Notes: a model not told the origin generated them from the sequence alone. A DNA stretch of 48,483 nucleotides from an uncultured Ignavibacteriales bacterium (GCA_964585635.1 CAZPEV010000002.1:7409-55891), one strand, 5' to 3'; numbered from the stretch's first letter, positions 18,047-28,611 are shown. A program made the numbers and translations.

Positions 18047-19615
18047 ATGGGTATGAAGGAACATAGAATATTGTGGGTCGATGACGAAATCGACCTGCTG
18101 CAGGCGCACATCGCTTTTCTGGAAGAGAAGGGAATCTCGGTCACCCCCTGCTCCTCGGGCGACGATGCCATTGAACTGGTCGGACGACAGGATTTCGACC
18201 TGGTGCTGCTCGACGAAATGATGCCCGGTAAAGACGGTCTGGCGACGCTCGACGCCATCAAGGACATCCGCCCCCATCTGCCGGTCGTAATGGTCACCAA
18301 GTCGGAAGAGGAAACCCTGATGGAGGAGGCGATCGGCCAGAAGATCGATGATTATCTGACCAAACCGGTCAATCCCTCCCAGGTGCTGATGGCGGTCAAG
18401 AAACTGGTGCAGAGCCGCAACATCGTCGCCGGGAAGCTGGGGCAGCGGTATATCGCCGACATCAACCGGATGAATGCGACCCTGTCCGGCCGGACCACCT
18501 GGACCGACTGGGTGGCGGCGCATCGTACCTTATGCGAGTGGGACCTGGAGCTGGATCGCTACCCCGATGAAGGTCTGTTCGAAATCCACCGGGGTACCCG
18601 CCGGGAATGGAACGGGCAGTTCACCCGCTTTTTCGAGGAGGGATACGAGTGGTGGATACATGCTTCGCCCGCCAAGCGCCCGCCGATTTCCATCGACGTC
18701 GTGGATCGGGCGGTCATCCCCCATATCAAGAAGGGGGAACAGGTGGTCTTCATCGTCATTGACTGCATGCGCATGGACCTCTGGCTGCGAATCGAGCCGC
18801 TCCTGGCCGAGTTGTTTCATGTCGACCATGATTATTATTTTTCGATTTTGCCCTCGGCCACCCCTTTCGCCAGTAACGCCGTATTCTCCGGGCAGTTTCA
18901 GATCGACATCGCAAAGCTCTACCCGGATGATTGGAGGGCGTATCCCGACGACGAAGTTTCCCGCAACCGCCGCGAGGGGGATCTGCTGGAGCGGCAACTG
19001 GCCGGCAAGGGCGTCGCCGTCTCCAACGGCGTGAAGTATGTCAAGGTGCTCAAGGAGCAGGAGGCGACCGATCTGGCGAGCCGCGTGGAAAACAATCTTT
19101 CATCGCAGTTGGTAGCGGTTGTCATCAATTTCGTCGACGTTCTCACCCATGGCCGATCCAGCAATATTCTTCTCAAGGAGATGGTTCCCGATGAAGCCGC
19201 CTTTCGATCGCTGATGCAGGCCTGGTTCGAGCATTCTTCGCTTTATGAAACGCTGAAGATGCTGGCTCGCAAGAACGTCACCGTGGTGGTTACCTCCGAT
19301 CACGGCTCGACCCTCTGTTCGCGGGGAACGGTGGCGCATGGCAAGCGGGATACCTCGACCAATCTGCGTTACAAGTACGGCGACAATTTGAACTGCAATC
19401 CCAAAGAAGCCTTGCTGATCAAGAATCCCGATCGCTACCGTCTGCCGTCCTTCAGTCTGGCGACCACCTATATCGTTGCCCGCGATGATTTCTATTTCGT
19501 CTATCCGAACCGGTACAACGAATACCAGCGCCAATTCCAGAACAGCTTCCAGCACGGCGGATTTTCCATGGATGAGCTTATCCTGCCGATCGCGGTGCTA
19601 AAGCCGAAAGGCTGA
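18047..19615 (+). CDS. porX: PorX-type response regulator: CheY-like receiver fused to a PglZ/alkaline-phosphatase-like domain
   Basis: Receiver RILWVDDEIDLL...LVLLDEMMPGKDG...MVTKSEEETLMEEAIGQKIDDYLTKPVNPSQ. PglZ region has FIVIDCMRMD, YFSILPSATPFASNAVFSG, NFVDVLTHG, TSDHGS, LRYKYG and QHGGFSMDELILP. This matches my recollection of Bacteroidetes PorX. Confidence 0.88.
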   Translation: MGMKEHRILWVDDEIDLLQAHIAFLEEKGISVTPCSSGDDAIELVGRQDFDLVLLDEMMPGKDGLATLDAIKDIRPHLPVVMVTKSEEETLMEEAIGQKIDDYLTKPVNPSQVLMAVKKLVQSRNIVAGKLGQRYIADINRMNATLSGRTTWTDWVAAHRTLCEWDLELDRYPDEGLFEIHRGTRREWNGQFTRFFEEGYEWWIHASPAKRPPISIDVVDRAVIPHIKKGEQVVFIVIDCMRMDLWLRIEPLLAELFHVDHDYYFSILPSATPFASNAVFSGQFQIDIAKLYPDDWRAYPDDEVSRNRREGDLLERQLAGKGVAVSNGVKYVKVLKEQEATDLASRVENNLSSQLVAVVINFVDVLTHGRSSNILLKEMVPDEAAFRSLMQAWFEHSSLYETLKMLARKNVTVVVTSDHGSTLCSRGTVAHGKRDTSTNLRYKYGDNLNCNPKEALLIKNPDRYRLPSFSLATTYIVARDDFYFVYPNRYNEYQRQFQNSFQHGGFSMDELILPIAVLKPKG

Positions 19616-19616
19616 G

Positions 19617-20060
19617 ATGGACCTGCCGTTTGACACCGGCCTGGTCAGCCGCTCGCCGGATGAAACGGCTCGGCTGGCAGCGGCCTTTTACCAGATGGTC
19701 AAGCCGAACGCGGTGGTGGCGCTCTATGGTCCACTGGGGGCAGGCAAGACCGTTTTCGTCCGCGGCATGGCGTTGGCGGCCGGCATTCAGCCCGATGAAG
19801 TCAGCTCCCCCTCGTTTACCCTGATCCACGAGTATCTTGGCGGGGAGACGCCGATATTTCATCTTGACCTCTATCGGTTGAAATCTCCGTTGGAATTCTA
19901 TGGCATCGGCGGTGACGAGTATCTGACCCGGGCAGGGGTGGTCCTGATTGAATGGGCGGAAAACGGCGGCAATCTGATTCCTACCGATCGACATAATGTC
20001 CGTTTCGAGATCATCGACGAGCAGAGCCGGCGATTGACCTTCAACCGGAGCACGGGATGA
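19617..20060 (+). CDS. tsaE: tRNA t6A37 biosynthesis ATPase TsaE (YjeE)
   Basis: 147 aa with P-loop LYGPLGAGKTVFVRGMA and SPSFTLIHEY. Confidence 0.92.
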   Translation: MDLPFDTGLVSRSPDETARLAAAFYQMVKPNAVVALYGPLGAGKTVFVRGMALAAGIQPDEVSSPSFTLIHEYLGGETPIFHLDLYRLKSPLEFYGIGGDEYLTRAGVVLIEWAENGGNLIPTDRHNVRFEIIDEQSRRLTFNRSTG

Positions 20061-20713
20061 TCATTCTTGGAATTGACAGTTCCACCGATCAATTGGCGGT
20101 CGGTCTGGCCGACGCCGGCAAGGTCATTGCCGACAAAGCCCTGGCGTCGTCTCGGGAGCATGCCGCCCGGATCATCGGCCTGATCGATGAGGTCCTGATC
20201 GAATCGGGCCTAACCAAGCAGGACTTGACCGGGGTGGCGGTGGCCATCGGCCCCGGATCGTTTACCGGCCTGCGGGTCGGGCTGGCGGTGGCCAAAGGGA
20301 TGGCCGTGGCGCTGAAGATCCCCATCGTTGGAATATCGACTTTTGAGGTGATGGCCCGCCGACTGACGATGGAGCATCACCCTTTCTATCTGGCGGCCCA
20401 GGCCCGAAAGGGGGAATATTACCTTGACCGGGTCGATCTGCAGGGCGATGTCCCCCCCCGTATCATCGTGGCCGGAGAGAAGATGGCCGTGAAATTGATC
20501 GGTTCGGATCCAGTTGGATTTATCGGTCTTGCCGCGCCCCCGGCCTGGGCCGAAAAGCAGCGCCTGATTGATTCGGACCGGTTGTATCTTTCGGGCGGAG
20601 AGATGGCGCTCCACGGCGCGCAACGGCTGCAAGAAGGGAGAACCGACGATCCGGCGACGCTGGAGCCGCTGTATATTGTTCCATCTCAAGCGGAGAGCAA
20701 GAGTGGCCACTGA
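20057..20713 (+). CDS. tsaB: tRNA t6A37 biosynthesis protein TsaB (YeaZ)
   Basis: ILGIDSSTDQLAVGLAD... and AIGPGSFTGLRVGLAVAKGMA. ATGA overlap with tsaE. The tsaE-tsaB-rimI order is the conserved synteny. Confidence 0.92.
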   Translation: MIILGIDSSTDQLAVGLADAGKVIADKALASSREHAARIIGLIDEVLIESGLTKQDLTGVAVAIGPGSFTGLRVGLAVAKGMAVALKIPIVGISTFEVMARRLTMEHHPFYLAAQARKGEYYLDRVDLQGDVPPRIIVAGEKMAVKLIGSDPVGFIGLAAPPAWAEKQRLIDSDRLYLSGGEMALHGAQRLQEGRTDDPATLEPLYIVPSQAESKSGH

Positions 20714-21170
20714 CGATCTGACAATTCGGCCAATGACCGAGGCTGACCTTCAGGTCGTTTTCGAAATGGAAAGGGATCTCTTCACCGATCCCTGGCCGCT
20801 TTCGGCATTCCACGAGGACCTCGTTTCCGGCCATAGTTATCTGTTTGTGGCGCAAATGGATAAGGTTATTGCAGCCTACGCTATCCTATGGATTGGAGTC
20901 GAGGAGGGGCATCTTACCAACATTGCCGTGAGCCGAAAATATCAGCGGAAATCTATTGCCAAGAGGTTATTATCCCATATCTTACGCTTTGCGGCCGACA
21001 TGGGACTGGCGCAGGTGATCTTGGAAGTGCGTCGGTCGAACACGCCGGCCATTTCTTTATATGAATCCTTCGGCTTTGTGCATTTGGGCGTTCGGAAAAA
21101 CTATTACCGCCGTCCGCCCGAGGATTGTCTGGTTCTGAAGAAGGAAATTCACGGGACGCGGGTCGATTAG
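20703..21170 (+). CDS. rimI: Ribosomal-protein-alanine N-acetyltransferase (GNAT)
   Basis: Start is GTG 20703 (overlapping the tsaB stop) or ATG 20733. GNAT core YQRKSIAKRLLSHILRFAADMGLAQVILEVRRSNTPAISLYESFGF. Confidence 0.85.
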   Translation: MATDDLTIRPMTEADLQVVFEMERDLFTDPWPLSAFHEDLVSGHSYLFVAQMDKVIAAYAILWIGVEEGHLTNIAVSRKYQRKSIAKRLLSHILRFAADMGLAQVILEVRRSNTPAISLYESFGFVHLGVRKNYYRRPPEDCLVLKKEIHGTRVD

Positions 21171-21185
21171 GGCAAAGAAATAGCC

Positions 21186-22040
21186 ATGGATTGGTTTCGC
21201 AAATCTAAAGACGGCCTCGTCAGCCAGGAAAGAAAGGAAATCCCCGACGGTCTCTGGACTAAATGCCAGGGCTGCGGGGAGGTCGTCTATTCTCGCACCT
21301 TGCAGGAGTCATTCTGGGTCTGTCCATCCTGCAATTATCACTTCCGGGTCAACTCCCGAAAGATGATCGAGCTTCTGTTGGATGACGGCCGCTTGGAGGA
21401 ATTCGACACCGCCTTGTCGTCGCTTGATCCCCTGTCATTTCGCGATTCCAAGAGATATCCCGATCGCATCGCGGCGTCGAAGGAGAACACCGGACTGGCC
21501 GACGCCGTCGTCTGCGGCTTCGGCGCGGTAGAATCGATTCCCGTGTCATGCGCCGTCATGGATTTTGCGTTCATGGGCGGATCGATGGGATCGGTGGTGG
21601 GGGAGAAGATCTCCCGGACGATCGAACGCGCGATCGACCGTGAAATTCAGCTGTTGATATTATCCTGCTCGGGGGGGGATCGCATGCAGGAAGGAATCTT
21701 GTCCCTCATGCAGATGGCCAAGACCTCGGCCCTATTGGCCCTTCTGGCCAAGAAGCGGCTGCCTTTCGTCTCGATCCTGACCAATCCCACGACCGCCGGA
21801 GTCATGGCCTCCTATGCCTCGCTGGGGGATATCATCATCGCCGAGCCGAAGGCGCTTCTGGGATTTGCCGGACCCCGGGTGATTCAGCAGACCATCGGGC
21901 AGGAGTTGCCGGAGGGCTTCCAATCGTCCGAATTTTTCCTGGAGCATGGATTTTTGGACATTATCTCCGAACGAAAAGAGCTCCGCCACACCCTCAGCCT
22001 TTGCCTGCAGTACACCTACAACAGTCCCCGACCGGGCTGA
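21186..22040 (+). CDS. accD: Acetyl-CoA carboxylase carboxyltransferase beta subunit
   Basis: N-terminal Zn ribbon CQGCGEVVY...CPSCNYHF and carboxyltransferase core FAFMGGSMGSVVGEKI. The accD-folC pairing is conserved. Confidence 0.96.
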   Translation: MDWFRKSKDGLVSQERKEIPDGLWTKCQGCGEVVYSRTLQESFWVCPSCNYHFRVNSRKMIELLLDDGRLEEFDTALSSLDPLSFRDSKRYPDRIAASKENTGLADAVVCGFGAVESIPVSCAVMDFAFMGGSMGSVVGEKISRTIERAIDREIQLLILSCSGGDRMQEGILSLMQMAKTSALLALLAKKRLPFVSILTNPTTAGVMASYASLGDIIIAEPKALLGFAGPRVIQQTIGQELPEGFQSSEFFLEHGFLDIISERKELRHTLSLCLQYTYNSPRPG

Positions 22041-22055
22041 TCATCCGTAAAAGCT

Positions 22056-23345
22056 ATGGCTGGTGATCGATACCAGAAGGCGCTGGCTTTCATCCTGAGC
22101 CGCCAGCATTTCGGCATCAAATTAGGGCTGGCTAATATCCGCCGCCTCGATGATTGGCTGGGGAACCCGCACCAGCAGTACCCGATTGTGCATGTGGCCG
22201 GGACCAACGGCAAGGGCTCGACGTCGAGTTATATCGCGTCGATACTTCACGAGAGTGGCTACCGGGTCGGATTGTTTACGTCGCCCCATCTGGCCGATTT
22301 TCGGGAGCGTATACGCGTCGACGGCGTCAAGATCGGTCACCGGGCGGTCGCCGATTTTGTCGAGGATCATAAGAAGCAAATGATTGCCGCTCAGGCGACT
22401 TTTTTTGAGGTGACGACGGCCCTAGCCATGTGGCATTTCAGACGGGAGAAAGTCGACTGGGCGGTGCTGGAGACCGGTCTGGGGGGGCGTCTCGACGCCA
22501 CCAATATCGTTTTCCCGAAGGTCACGGTAATCACCAATATCGATCTGGAGCATACCAACATCCTGGGCAAGACGATCGCCCGGATAGCCGGTGAAAAGGG
22601 GGGGATCATCAAGCCGGGCGTTCCGGTGGTGACGGGTATTCCGGATGATGATAATCCTGCGGCCGGGCGGATAAGAGCGATCTGCGCCAAGGTAGGAGCG
22701 CCCGTCTTCTTTCCTCGCGCGGCCGATTACTGCTGCTGGTATCGGGCGCCGGACTATTATATGGCCGTGCCCAGGGGTCGTTTCGGCGGGCTGAAAACGA
22801 GATTACCGTTGGTGGGCAGACATCAGGCCGCCAACGCCGATCTGGCGGTGAAGACGGCCGAGCTGCTGGCCGGGCAGGGATATAATATCTCCATGGCCGC
22901 AGTCGAGAAAGGGCTTCGGAACTGTTACTGGCCGGCCCGGTTCATGACGGTCAGGGCGCGTCCGACGATTATTATCGATGTCTCGCACAATCCAGCCGGA
23001 TTTGCGGCCTTGGCCGAGACCCTGGCCCAGCGCTTCCCCGGCCGTCGCTTTAAATTCCTGATTGGTATGGTCGAACTGAAACGGGGCGAGGAATGCCTGC
23101 AGATCATTGCCGGATTGGCCGGCGCTATCACCGTGACCCCTCTGCAGGACGAGCGGAGCGAGGATCCCTACGTCCTGATTTCCCACCTTGATCCGGGAGC
23201 GGTGCCGTTGCGGGTATTCCCCGACGCCACGGCGGCCTATCAAAACCTCGTGGAAAACAGCGCCTCGTCCGATATATTGATAATAACCGGGTCGCATTAT
23301 TTAATCGGCGAATTGGCGCCGTATCTTAGACGAAGCGGTTTTTGA
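22056..23345 (+). CDS. folC: Bifunctional folylpolyglutamate synthase / dihydrofolate synthase
   Basis: Mur-ligase-type P-loop VAGTNGKGSTSSY, with LETGLGGRLDATN and NIDLEHT. Confidence 0.94.
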   Translation: MAGDRYQKALAFILSRQHFGIKLGLANIRRLDDWLGNPHQQYPIVHVAGTNGKGSTSSYIASILHESGYRVGLFTSPHLADFRERIRVDGVKIGHRAVADFVEDHKKQMIAAQATFFEVTTALAMWHFRREKVDWAVLETGLGGRLDATNIVFPKVTVITNIDLEHTNILGKTIARIAGEKGGIIKPGVPVVTGIPDDDNPAAGRIRAICAKVGAPVFFPRAADYCCWYRAPDYYMAVPRGRFGGLKTRLPLVGRHQAANADLAVKTAELLAGQGYNISMAAVEKGLRNCYWPARFMTVRARPTIIIDVSHNPAGFAALAETLAQRFPGRRFKFLIGMVELKRGEECLQIIAGLAGAITVTPLQDERSEDPYVLISHLDPGAVPLRVFPDATAAYQNLVENSASSDILIITGSHYLIGELAPYLRRSGF

Positions 23346-23348
23346 GGC

Positions 23349-24698
23349 GTGAAGAAGGCACTGAAGGCAAAAGAACGGTCGCAGCGGGCGATTGAGCTTC
23401 TGGGATCGGCGATCGACGTCAAGATCAGCGAGTTGACCGAAAGCAACCGCCAGCTGAAACGCAAGATATTCGATCTGTATACCATTTTTGAAATCAGCCG
23501 CAATTTCAACTCGGTTCTCAACTACAAGACGCTGATCGACTCCTTTTTGCTGACCTCGCTTGGGCAGGTGCTGGCCTCATCAGCCGCCGTGTACCTCCCG
23601 CCGACGGGAAACGCGCCGGCCATGTTCCTGGCGCAATCCAAGGGGTTGTCGCGGGAAGATGTGGCCACCGGCCGGATCGACCGGAACGGTCGCCTGGCGA
23701 CCTACCTGACGGCGGTGGCGCGACCGGTGACCGTGACGGAGCTGGGGGAGCGGTTCGCCGACGCTCCGGAATTCCAACCGATCGCGGCCTTCCACGATGG
23801 GCTGGTTATGCCGCTCATCATCAAATCCGAGCTGCGCGGCATTTTGGTCCTGGGAGGCAAGGTGTCGGGAGTCGGATTCGCGGCTGACGATATCGAGTTT
23901 CTATCGATCCTGTCCAATCAGTTCATCATCGCGCTGGAGAACGCCCGGCTCTATGAGTCGGAAAAGCAGGCCCTTCAGGACCTGACGGTCACCCAGAAAC
24001 AGTTGGTGCTGAGCGAACGGCTGGCGGCGATCGGCGAGTTGTCGGCCAAGATCGCCCATGAGATCAATAATCCTCTAAGCATTATCTCCAATTATCTGCT
24101 GTTGTGCGATCGGACCCTGAACGATCCCCGGCAATCGCGTGATTATCTGGGCGTGGCGCGCGAGGAACTCACGAGGATTGCGAGGATCGTGAGGCAACTG
24201 CTTGATTTCCATCGACCGGTTAAAGTGGAGAAGGTCCCGATAAGAATCAAAGAGGTGGTGGACAGCGTTATCAGCCTGGTCGAATGGCAATTGGTGGAGC
24301 GCCGGATTAGCGTGGAGCGGCTGGCTGACGAACCTTTGCCGATGGTGATGGGATCGCCGGAGCAGCTCAAGCAGGTGTTTCTTAATCTCATCATCAACGC
24401 CAGGGATTTTATGCCGGAGGGCGGCCAAATCAGAATCGAAATCAACGGCGATAAGACCGGCGTCCGGGTCAGTTTCACCGACGGCGGAAAGGGAATCCCG
24501 GAGGAACATCTGCCGCGAATCTTCGAGCCGTTCTTCACGACCAAAGAGGATGGATCGGGGACTGGCCTGGGACTGTCGGTCTGCTATGGAATCATCGCGG
24601 ACCATGGCGGTCGGATCGAGGCATGCAATGCCCCCGAGGGCGGCAGCCGATTTGTGATTACTCTGCCGGCGTCCTCGGGCAGCGATGGAGAGGTATGA
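23349..24698 (+). CDS. Cytoplasmic GAF-domain sensor histidine kinase
   Basis: GTG start. N-terminal coiled coil, then a GAF-like region ([20 protein letters not shown]), H-box [15 protein letters not shown], and HATPase motifs [15 protein letters not shown] and GTGLGLSV. Confidence 0.9.
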   Translation: MKKALKAKERSQRAIELLGSAIDVKISELTESNRQLKRKIFDLYTIFEISRNFNSVLNYKTLIDSFLLTSLGQVLASSAAVYLPPTGNAPAMFLAQSKGLSREDVATGRIDRNGRLATYLTAVARPVTVTELGERFADAPEFQPIAAFHDGLVMPLIIKSELRGILVLGGKVSGVGFAADDIEFLSILSNQFIIALENARLYESEKQALQDLTVTQKQLVLSERLAAIGELSAKIAHEINNPLSIISNYLLLCDRTLNDPRQSRDYLGVAREELTRIARIVRQLLDFHRPVKVEKVPIRIKEVVDSVISLVEWQLVERRISVERLADEPLPMVMGSPEQLKQVFLNLIINARDFMPEGGQIRIEINGDKTGVRVSFTDGGKGIPEEHLPRIFEPFFTTKEDGSGTGLGLSVCYGIIADHGGRIEACNAPEGGSRFVITLPASSGSDGEV

Positions 24699-26851
24699 TA
24701 GAGAACGAGCTGAGCCGAAGTCAGGCGGTCTCCGGACGAGGAGATATCCGGGAGCGGATACTGGTTATCGACGACGAGAAGCGGATGTGCGATTCGTTGT
24801 CGGCCCTGTTGCTGGACGCGGGATACGAAGTGGCCGCGTTTCAGAGCAGCCAGGCGGCCGCCGATGAGATCCGCACCGGCCGGTTCGACCTGATTATTTC
24901 CGATATCAAAATGCCCGGCCTGTCGGGGTTGGATCTTCTCCGCTTGGCGCGCACGGTCGACCCGCAAGCCCTGGTCGTCCTGATGACTGGTTTCGGCGCC
25001 TTAGAATCGGCCATCGAGGCGATCAATCAGGGGGTCTACGATTACCTTCTCAAACCGGTGGAATTTCCGCAACTGGAATTGGTGATCAAACGGGGCCTGG
25101 AAAAGCGCCGCCTGGGACGGGCCAAATCGTTTCTCCTGACCGAGCTCCAGGCCAAGAATGAGGAGTTGCAGGCCCGGCTGGAGGAAATCAATGCCCTCTA
25201 CGAAGCCGGCAAGTCGTTGGGCTCGACTATCAAGCTCAATGAGCTTCTGACGACCATCATCTCCCTGGCTACCGGCGTTCTGCGCGCCCGCATCGGCTCC
25301 ATTATGTTGCTGGATGAGAACCGGCAGTACCTGACGATCGCCGCCGCCCAGGGGCTCGAAGACGAAGTCGTTCGCACCACCCGTCTGCCGATCGGATCGT
25401 CAATCGCCGGGTATGTGGCTGAGGCCGGGGCGCCGCTGTTTGTCAAGGACGTTGCCCGCGACCCCCGTTTCCAGCGGGAGAATCGGGAGGAGCGGTATGG
25501 GCACGCCTCGCTCTTATGTGTTCCGCTCCTGGTAAAAAGCCGGGTCATCGGCGTCATTAATATTGCCCACAAAGAATCGGGCGGCGAGTTCGGGGAGCAT
25601 GATCTGAAGCTTCTGATGACCTTTGCCAGTCAGGCCGCCATCGCCATCGACAACGCCTACACGTTTCACCAGCTTAACCGTCGCGTCATGGAACTGTCAG
25701 CCCTGCAGGAAATCGCCGACGCCATGTCGCGGGCGGTTTCGGTCGAAAATCTTCAGGAAGTCATCTTCTGGGGTATCCGCAACCTGATGCCGGCGGACAT
25801 TTCCTTGTGGTTTCGCTGGAATGAAAAAGACCAGACCCTGAATCTGGTCGGAAGCGCCGGCACCATTCCCTGCGAACTGGAGCTAGTTATTAAGGCCGAT
25901 TTGGCGTCGCTTTCGACTTCGGCGACGGCCCGTCAGGTCATCCTCGAACATCTTCCCTCCCAGGATGAATGCCCGATTCCGACCGCCAGTTTTGCCGCCT
26001 TCCTTATCCAAGGCGTGACCGGCCTGGCATATATCTTTTGTCTGGCGGCCATGGTCGAGGACTGTTTTTCCGAGGAAGACGAAAAGATCGCGGGCTTGAT
26101 TGCCAGTCAGGCGGCGACGATGTACGAACGGGAGCGGGCCATCTTGAACGCCACCCGTCTGATGACCATGGGAAACATGATCTCCGAAATCTCCCATGAT
26201 ATGCGCAAACCGCTGACCAGCATCCGGGCGGCGCTGCAGATCATGCGTTCCCGCTGGCCGGAGCTGATTGATCAGTCCGACCTGTTCACCACCGCCGAGG
26301 AAGAGGTCCATCGCTTAAATGAGCTGGTGCGCGAGCTGGTCGACTTCTCCAATCCCAACAAATATCAGACGGAACGAAGCGATATTTCCGGCGTCGTGGA
26401 GCGCGCGGCTCATCTGGTTAAACCGGAGATGGAAAAGAAGCACGTCGTCTGTCGGACTGAGTTTGCCCCGGATCTTCCCGACGTCTTCGTCAATAAGAAC
26501 CAAATCGTGGAAATGCTGTTGAACCTGATTCTGAATGGCATCGATGCCATGAGTCCCGACGGCGGCACGCTGACGATGCGCACCGGAAAAGATATGATCG
26601 ACACGCGGATGATGGTCAGGCTGGAGGTGGCCGACACCGGCTGCGGCCTTAACGACAAAGACAAGACCCGCATTTTCGACCGATACTTCACGACCAAAGA
26701 GACCGGCACCGGATTGGGGTTGGCCGTGGTCGAGCGGATAGTGTCGGCTCATAATGGTCGCATAGAGGTTCAAAGCCAAAAAGGGGTTGGCACGACCTTC
26801 ATAATTCATCTCCCGATCAATGCGGCTCTGCAAAGAATTGCAAAAAAGTGA
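24695..26851 (+). CDS. Hybrid sensor kinase: N-terminal receiver, two GAF-like domains, HisKA and HATPase
   Basis: ATGA overlap with the upstream kinase. REC ILVIDDEKRM...DLIISDIKMPGLSG, GAF SLLCVPLLVKSRVIGVINIA, H-box ISEISHDMRKPLTSI, ATPase DTGCGL and GTGLGLAVV. Confidence 0.9.
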   Translation: MIENELSRSQAVSGRGDIRERILVIDDEKRMCDSLSALLLDAGYEVAAFQSSQAAADEIRTGRFDLIISDIKMPGLSGLDLLRLARTVDPQALVVLMTGFGALESAIEAINQGVYDYLLKPVEFPQLELVIKRGLEKRRLGRAKSFLLTELQAKNEELQARLEEINALYEAGKSLGSTIKLNELLTTIISLATGVLRARIGSIMLLDENRQYLTIAAAQGLEDEVVRTTRLPIGSSIAGYVAEAGAPLFVKDVARDPRFQRENREERYGHASLLCVPLLVKSRVIGVINIAHKESGGEFGEHDLKLLMTFASQAAIAIDNAYTFHQLNRRVMELSALQEIADAMSRAVSVENLQEVIFWGIRNLMPADISLWFRWNEKDQTLNLVGSAGTIPCELELVIKADLASLSTSATARQVILEHLPSQDECPIPTASFAAFLIQGVTGLAYIFCLAAMVEDCFSEEDEKIAGLIASQAATMYERERAILNATRLMTMGNMISEISHDMRKPLTSIRAALQIMRSRWPELIDQSDLFTTAEEEVHRLNELVRELVDFSNPNKYQTERSDISGVVERAAHLVKPEMEKKHVVCRTEFAPDLPDVFVNKNQIVEMLLNLILNGIDAMSPDGGTLTMRTGKDMIDTRMMVRLEVADTGCGLNDKDKTRIFDRYFTTKETGTGLGLAVVERIVSAHNGRIEVQSQKGVGTTFIIHLPINAALQRIAKK

Positions 26852-26919
26852 TATTTTCTGGCGGAATCAGCTTTATTTTTCCACTTTTCTGACGATTCAT
26901 GGAGTAAAACAGTCAGAGT

Positions 26920-28341
26920 ATGAAATCAGAACGTCCCAAAATCCTCGTTATTGACGACGACCCCAAGGTCAAGTGGCTTTTATCGGAGGGGTTGTCGAAC
27001 AGCTTTGACTTCATTTCCGCGGCTGACGGGAATGAAGGCCTGCAGATGATCAGTATCGAGAAGCCCAGCCTGGTTCTTCTCGATATCAAGATGCCGCAGA
27101 TGTCCGGTATCGAGGTGCTCAAACGGCTGAACAAGGTTGACAGCCGGCCGGAAGTCATCATGCTGTCGGGTCATGATGAGACTCATTATGTCGTGGAATC
27201 GATGAAGAACGGGGCGGCCGAGTTTATCAAGAAGCCGTTTGACATCAAAGAAGTCGAAATTCATATCAATGCCATCCTCGAGCAAGGCCGGCTGAAACAA
27301 GAGGTTTCCCAGCTTCGCACGGAGCTTCGGGCCAAGTCACAGTATGACGCCTTTATCGGCGATTCCCCCAAGATCGTCCAAGTCAAGAACCTTATCGAAC
27401 AGGTGGCCGACTCTGAGCTGACGGTGCTGATTCGTGGTGAATCGGGCACCGGTAAGGAGATCATCGCCCGGATGATTCACACTATTTCGGGGCGAAGCGA
27501 GGAATCGTTCACCAAGGTCAACTGCGCCGCCATTCCGCACGACCTTTTGGAGGCCGAGCTGTTCGGGTACGAAAAAGGAGCCTTCACCGGCGCCCATAAG
27601 ACCAAACCGGGACGGTTCGAGGTGGCCAACAAAGGGACCATCTTTCTCGATGAGATCGGGGATATGCCGCTGGAGCTCCAGTCGAAGCTCCTGCAGGTGC
27701 TGGAGCAACAGGAATTCGTGCGGGTCGGCGGCATACACAATATTCATGTTGACGTGCGGATCATCTGCGCCACCAATCGGGATCTGGACGATGCCATCAC
27801 GCACGGCCGATTCCGTGACGACCTCTATTACCGTCTAAATGAAATCACCGTTCCCTTGCCGCCGCTACGGGAGCGGCGCCAGGATATTCCCCTATTAGCC
27901 ATCCACTTTGTGGAAAAGTGCAATCAGCTCTACCAGCGGCAGACTCCACCTCTCTCGGAGCAAACGCTGGAGCAACTCATGAGTGCGCCATGGCCGGGAA
28001 ACGTCCGGCAACTGGAAAACCTGATCAAGCAAGTTGTCGTTCGCGGGGATGAGTCAATCGTGACCGAGCTGCTGTCGAAGCGGCCGGCTGAGGGGGCAAT
28101 ATCACCGGCGACCTATCGGCCGTCAGCGGGCGCGGGCGATTTGCCTCCGCTGGCAGGACCTGAATCGCTTTCCCTTAAGAAGGTAGTGGCCGAGGCCGTC
28201 AGCCGGGAGGAGAGAGCCTTGATTTCACGCGTTCTCATGCGCACCAACTGGAACCGACGCAAAGCTTCCGATATGCTTGAAATCAGCTACCGCTCGCTTC
28301 TCTATAAGATCAAGGAATATGGCCTTAACGAGATAAAATAG
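26920..28341 (+). CDS. Sigma54-dependent response regulator (NtrC family: REC, AAA+, Fis-type HTH)
   Basis: REC ILVIDDDPKV...LVLLDIKMPQMSG, Walker A GESGTGKE, sigma54-contact GAFTGA, Walker B IFLDEIGD, and HTH NRRKASDMLEISYRSLLYKIKEYGL. Confidence 0.95.
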   Translation: MKSERPKILVIDDDPKVKWLLSEGLSNSFDFISAADGNEGLQMISIEKPSLVLLDIKMPQMSGIEVLKRLNKVDSRPEVIMLSGHDETHYVVESMKNGAAEFIKKPFDIKEVEIHINAILEQGRLKQEVSQLRTELRAKSQYDAFIGDSPKIVQVKNLIEQVADSELTVLIRGESGTGKEIIARMIHTISGRSEESFTKVNCAAIPHDLLEAELFGYEKGAFTGAHKTKPGRFEVANKGTIFLDEIGDMPLELQSKLLQVLEQQEFVRVGGIHNIHVDVRIICATNRDLDDAITHGRFRDDLYYRLNEITVPLPPLRERRQDIPLLAIHFVEKCNQLYQRQTPPLSEQTLEQLMSAPWPGNVRQLENLIKQVVVRGDESIVTELLSKRPAEGAISPATYRPSAGAGDLPPLAGPESLSLKKVVAEAVSREERALISRVLMRTNWNRRKASDMLEISYRSLLYKIKEYGLNEIK

Positions 28342-28602
28342 ACCTTCAACTCCAGCGCGGCACAGCTTTGCTGTTGATTCAGAGGCCGCAGTCAACTCCA
28401 TACAAATGCCATTAGTTTCTCAATCGAAATCGCGATTATTGTACGGATGCTGTACAGCCGCCAATGATTTCTCTGCTCGTGATGGCGACTAACCATGCTG
28501 ACAGGCGACCGACATATGGCGCAATGCCTTGAGGCATGAAGAGAAACAGGCGTTTGGGCATCAGGGGAAAATTGTTGACAATTTCGGTACAATGGTTGCT
28601 TC

Positions 28603-28611
28603 TGTTATAAT
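28603..28611 (+). promoter_or_regulatory. Extended -10 promoter element (TGtTATAAT) ahead of the degenerate-GGDEF gene
   Basis: TG at 28603-04 and TATAAT at 28606-11. It is immediately followed by the palindrome CTCCCGCGGGAG (28612-23) and a second TCCCGCGGGGAG (28631-42). Confidence 0.35.

Noticed and set aside
18500-19615. The PglZ domain as a possible BREX or other phage-defence component.
   Set aside because: It is fused to a CheY-like receiver and matches PorX along its whole length. No pglX, brxC, brxL or other defence genes are nearby, and the flanks are housekeeping genes.
28359-28371. Sigma54-like sequence cGGCACagctTTGCTg just downstream of the NtrC-type gene.
   Set aside because: The GG-to-GC spacing is 9 nt rather than the strictly required 10, and no enhancer-like palindromes lie upstream. 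I did not call it a promoter.
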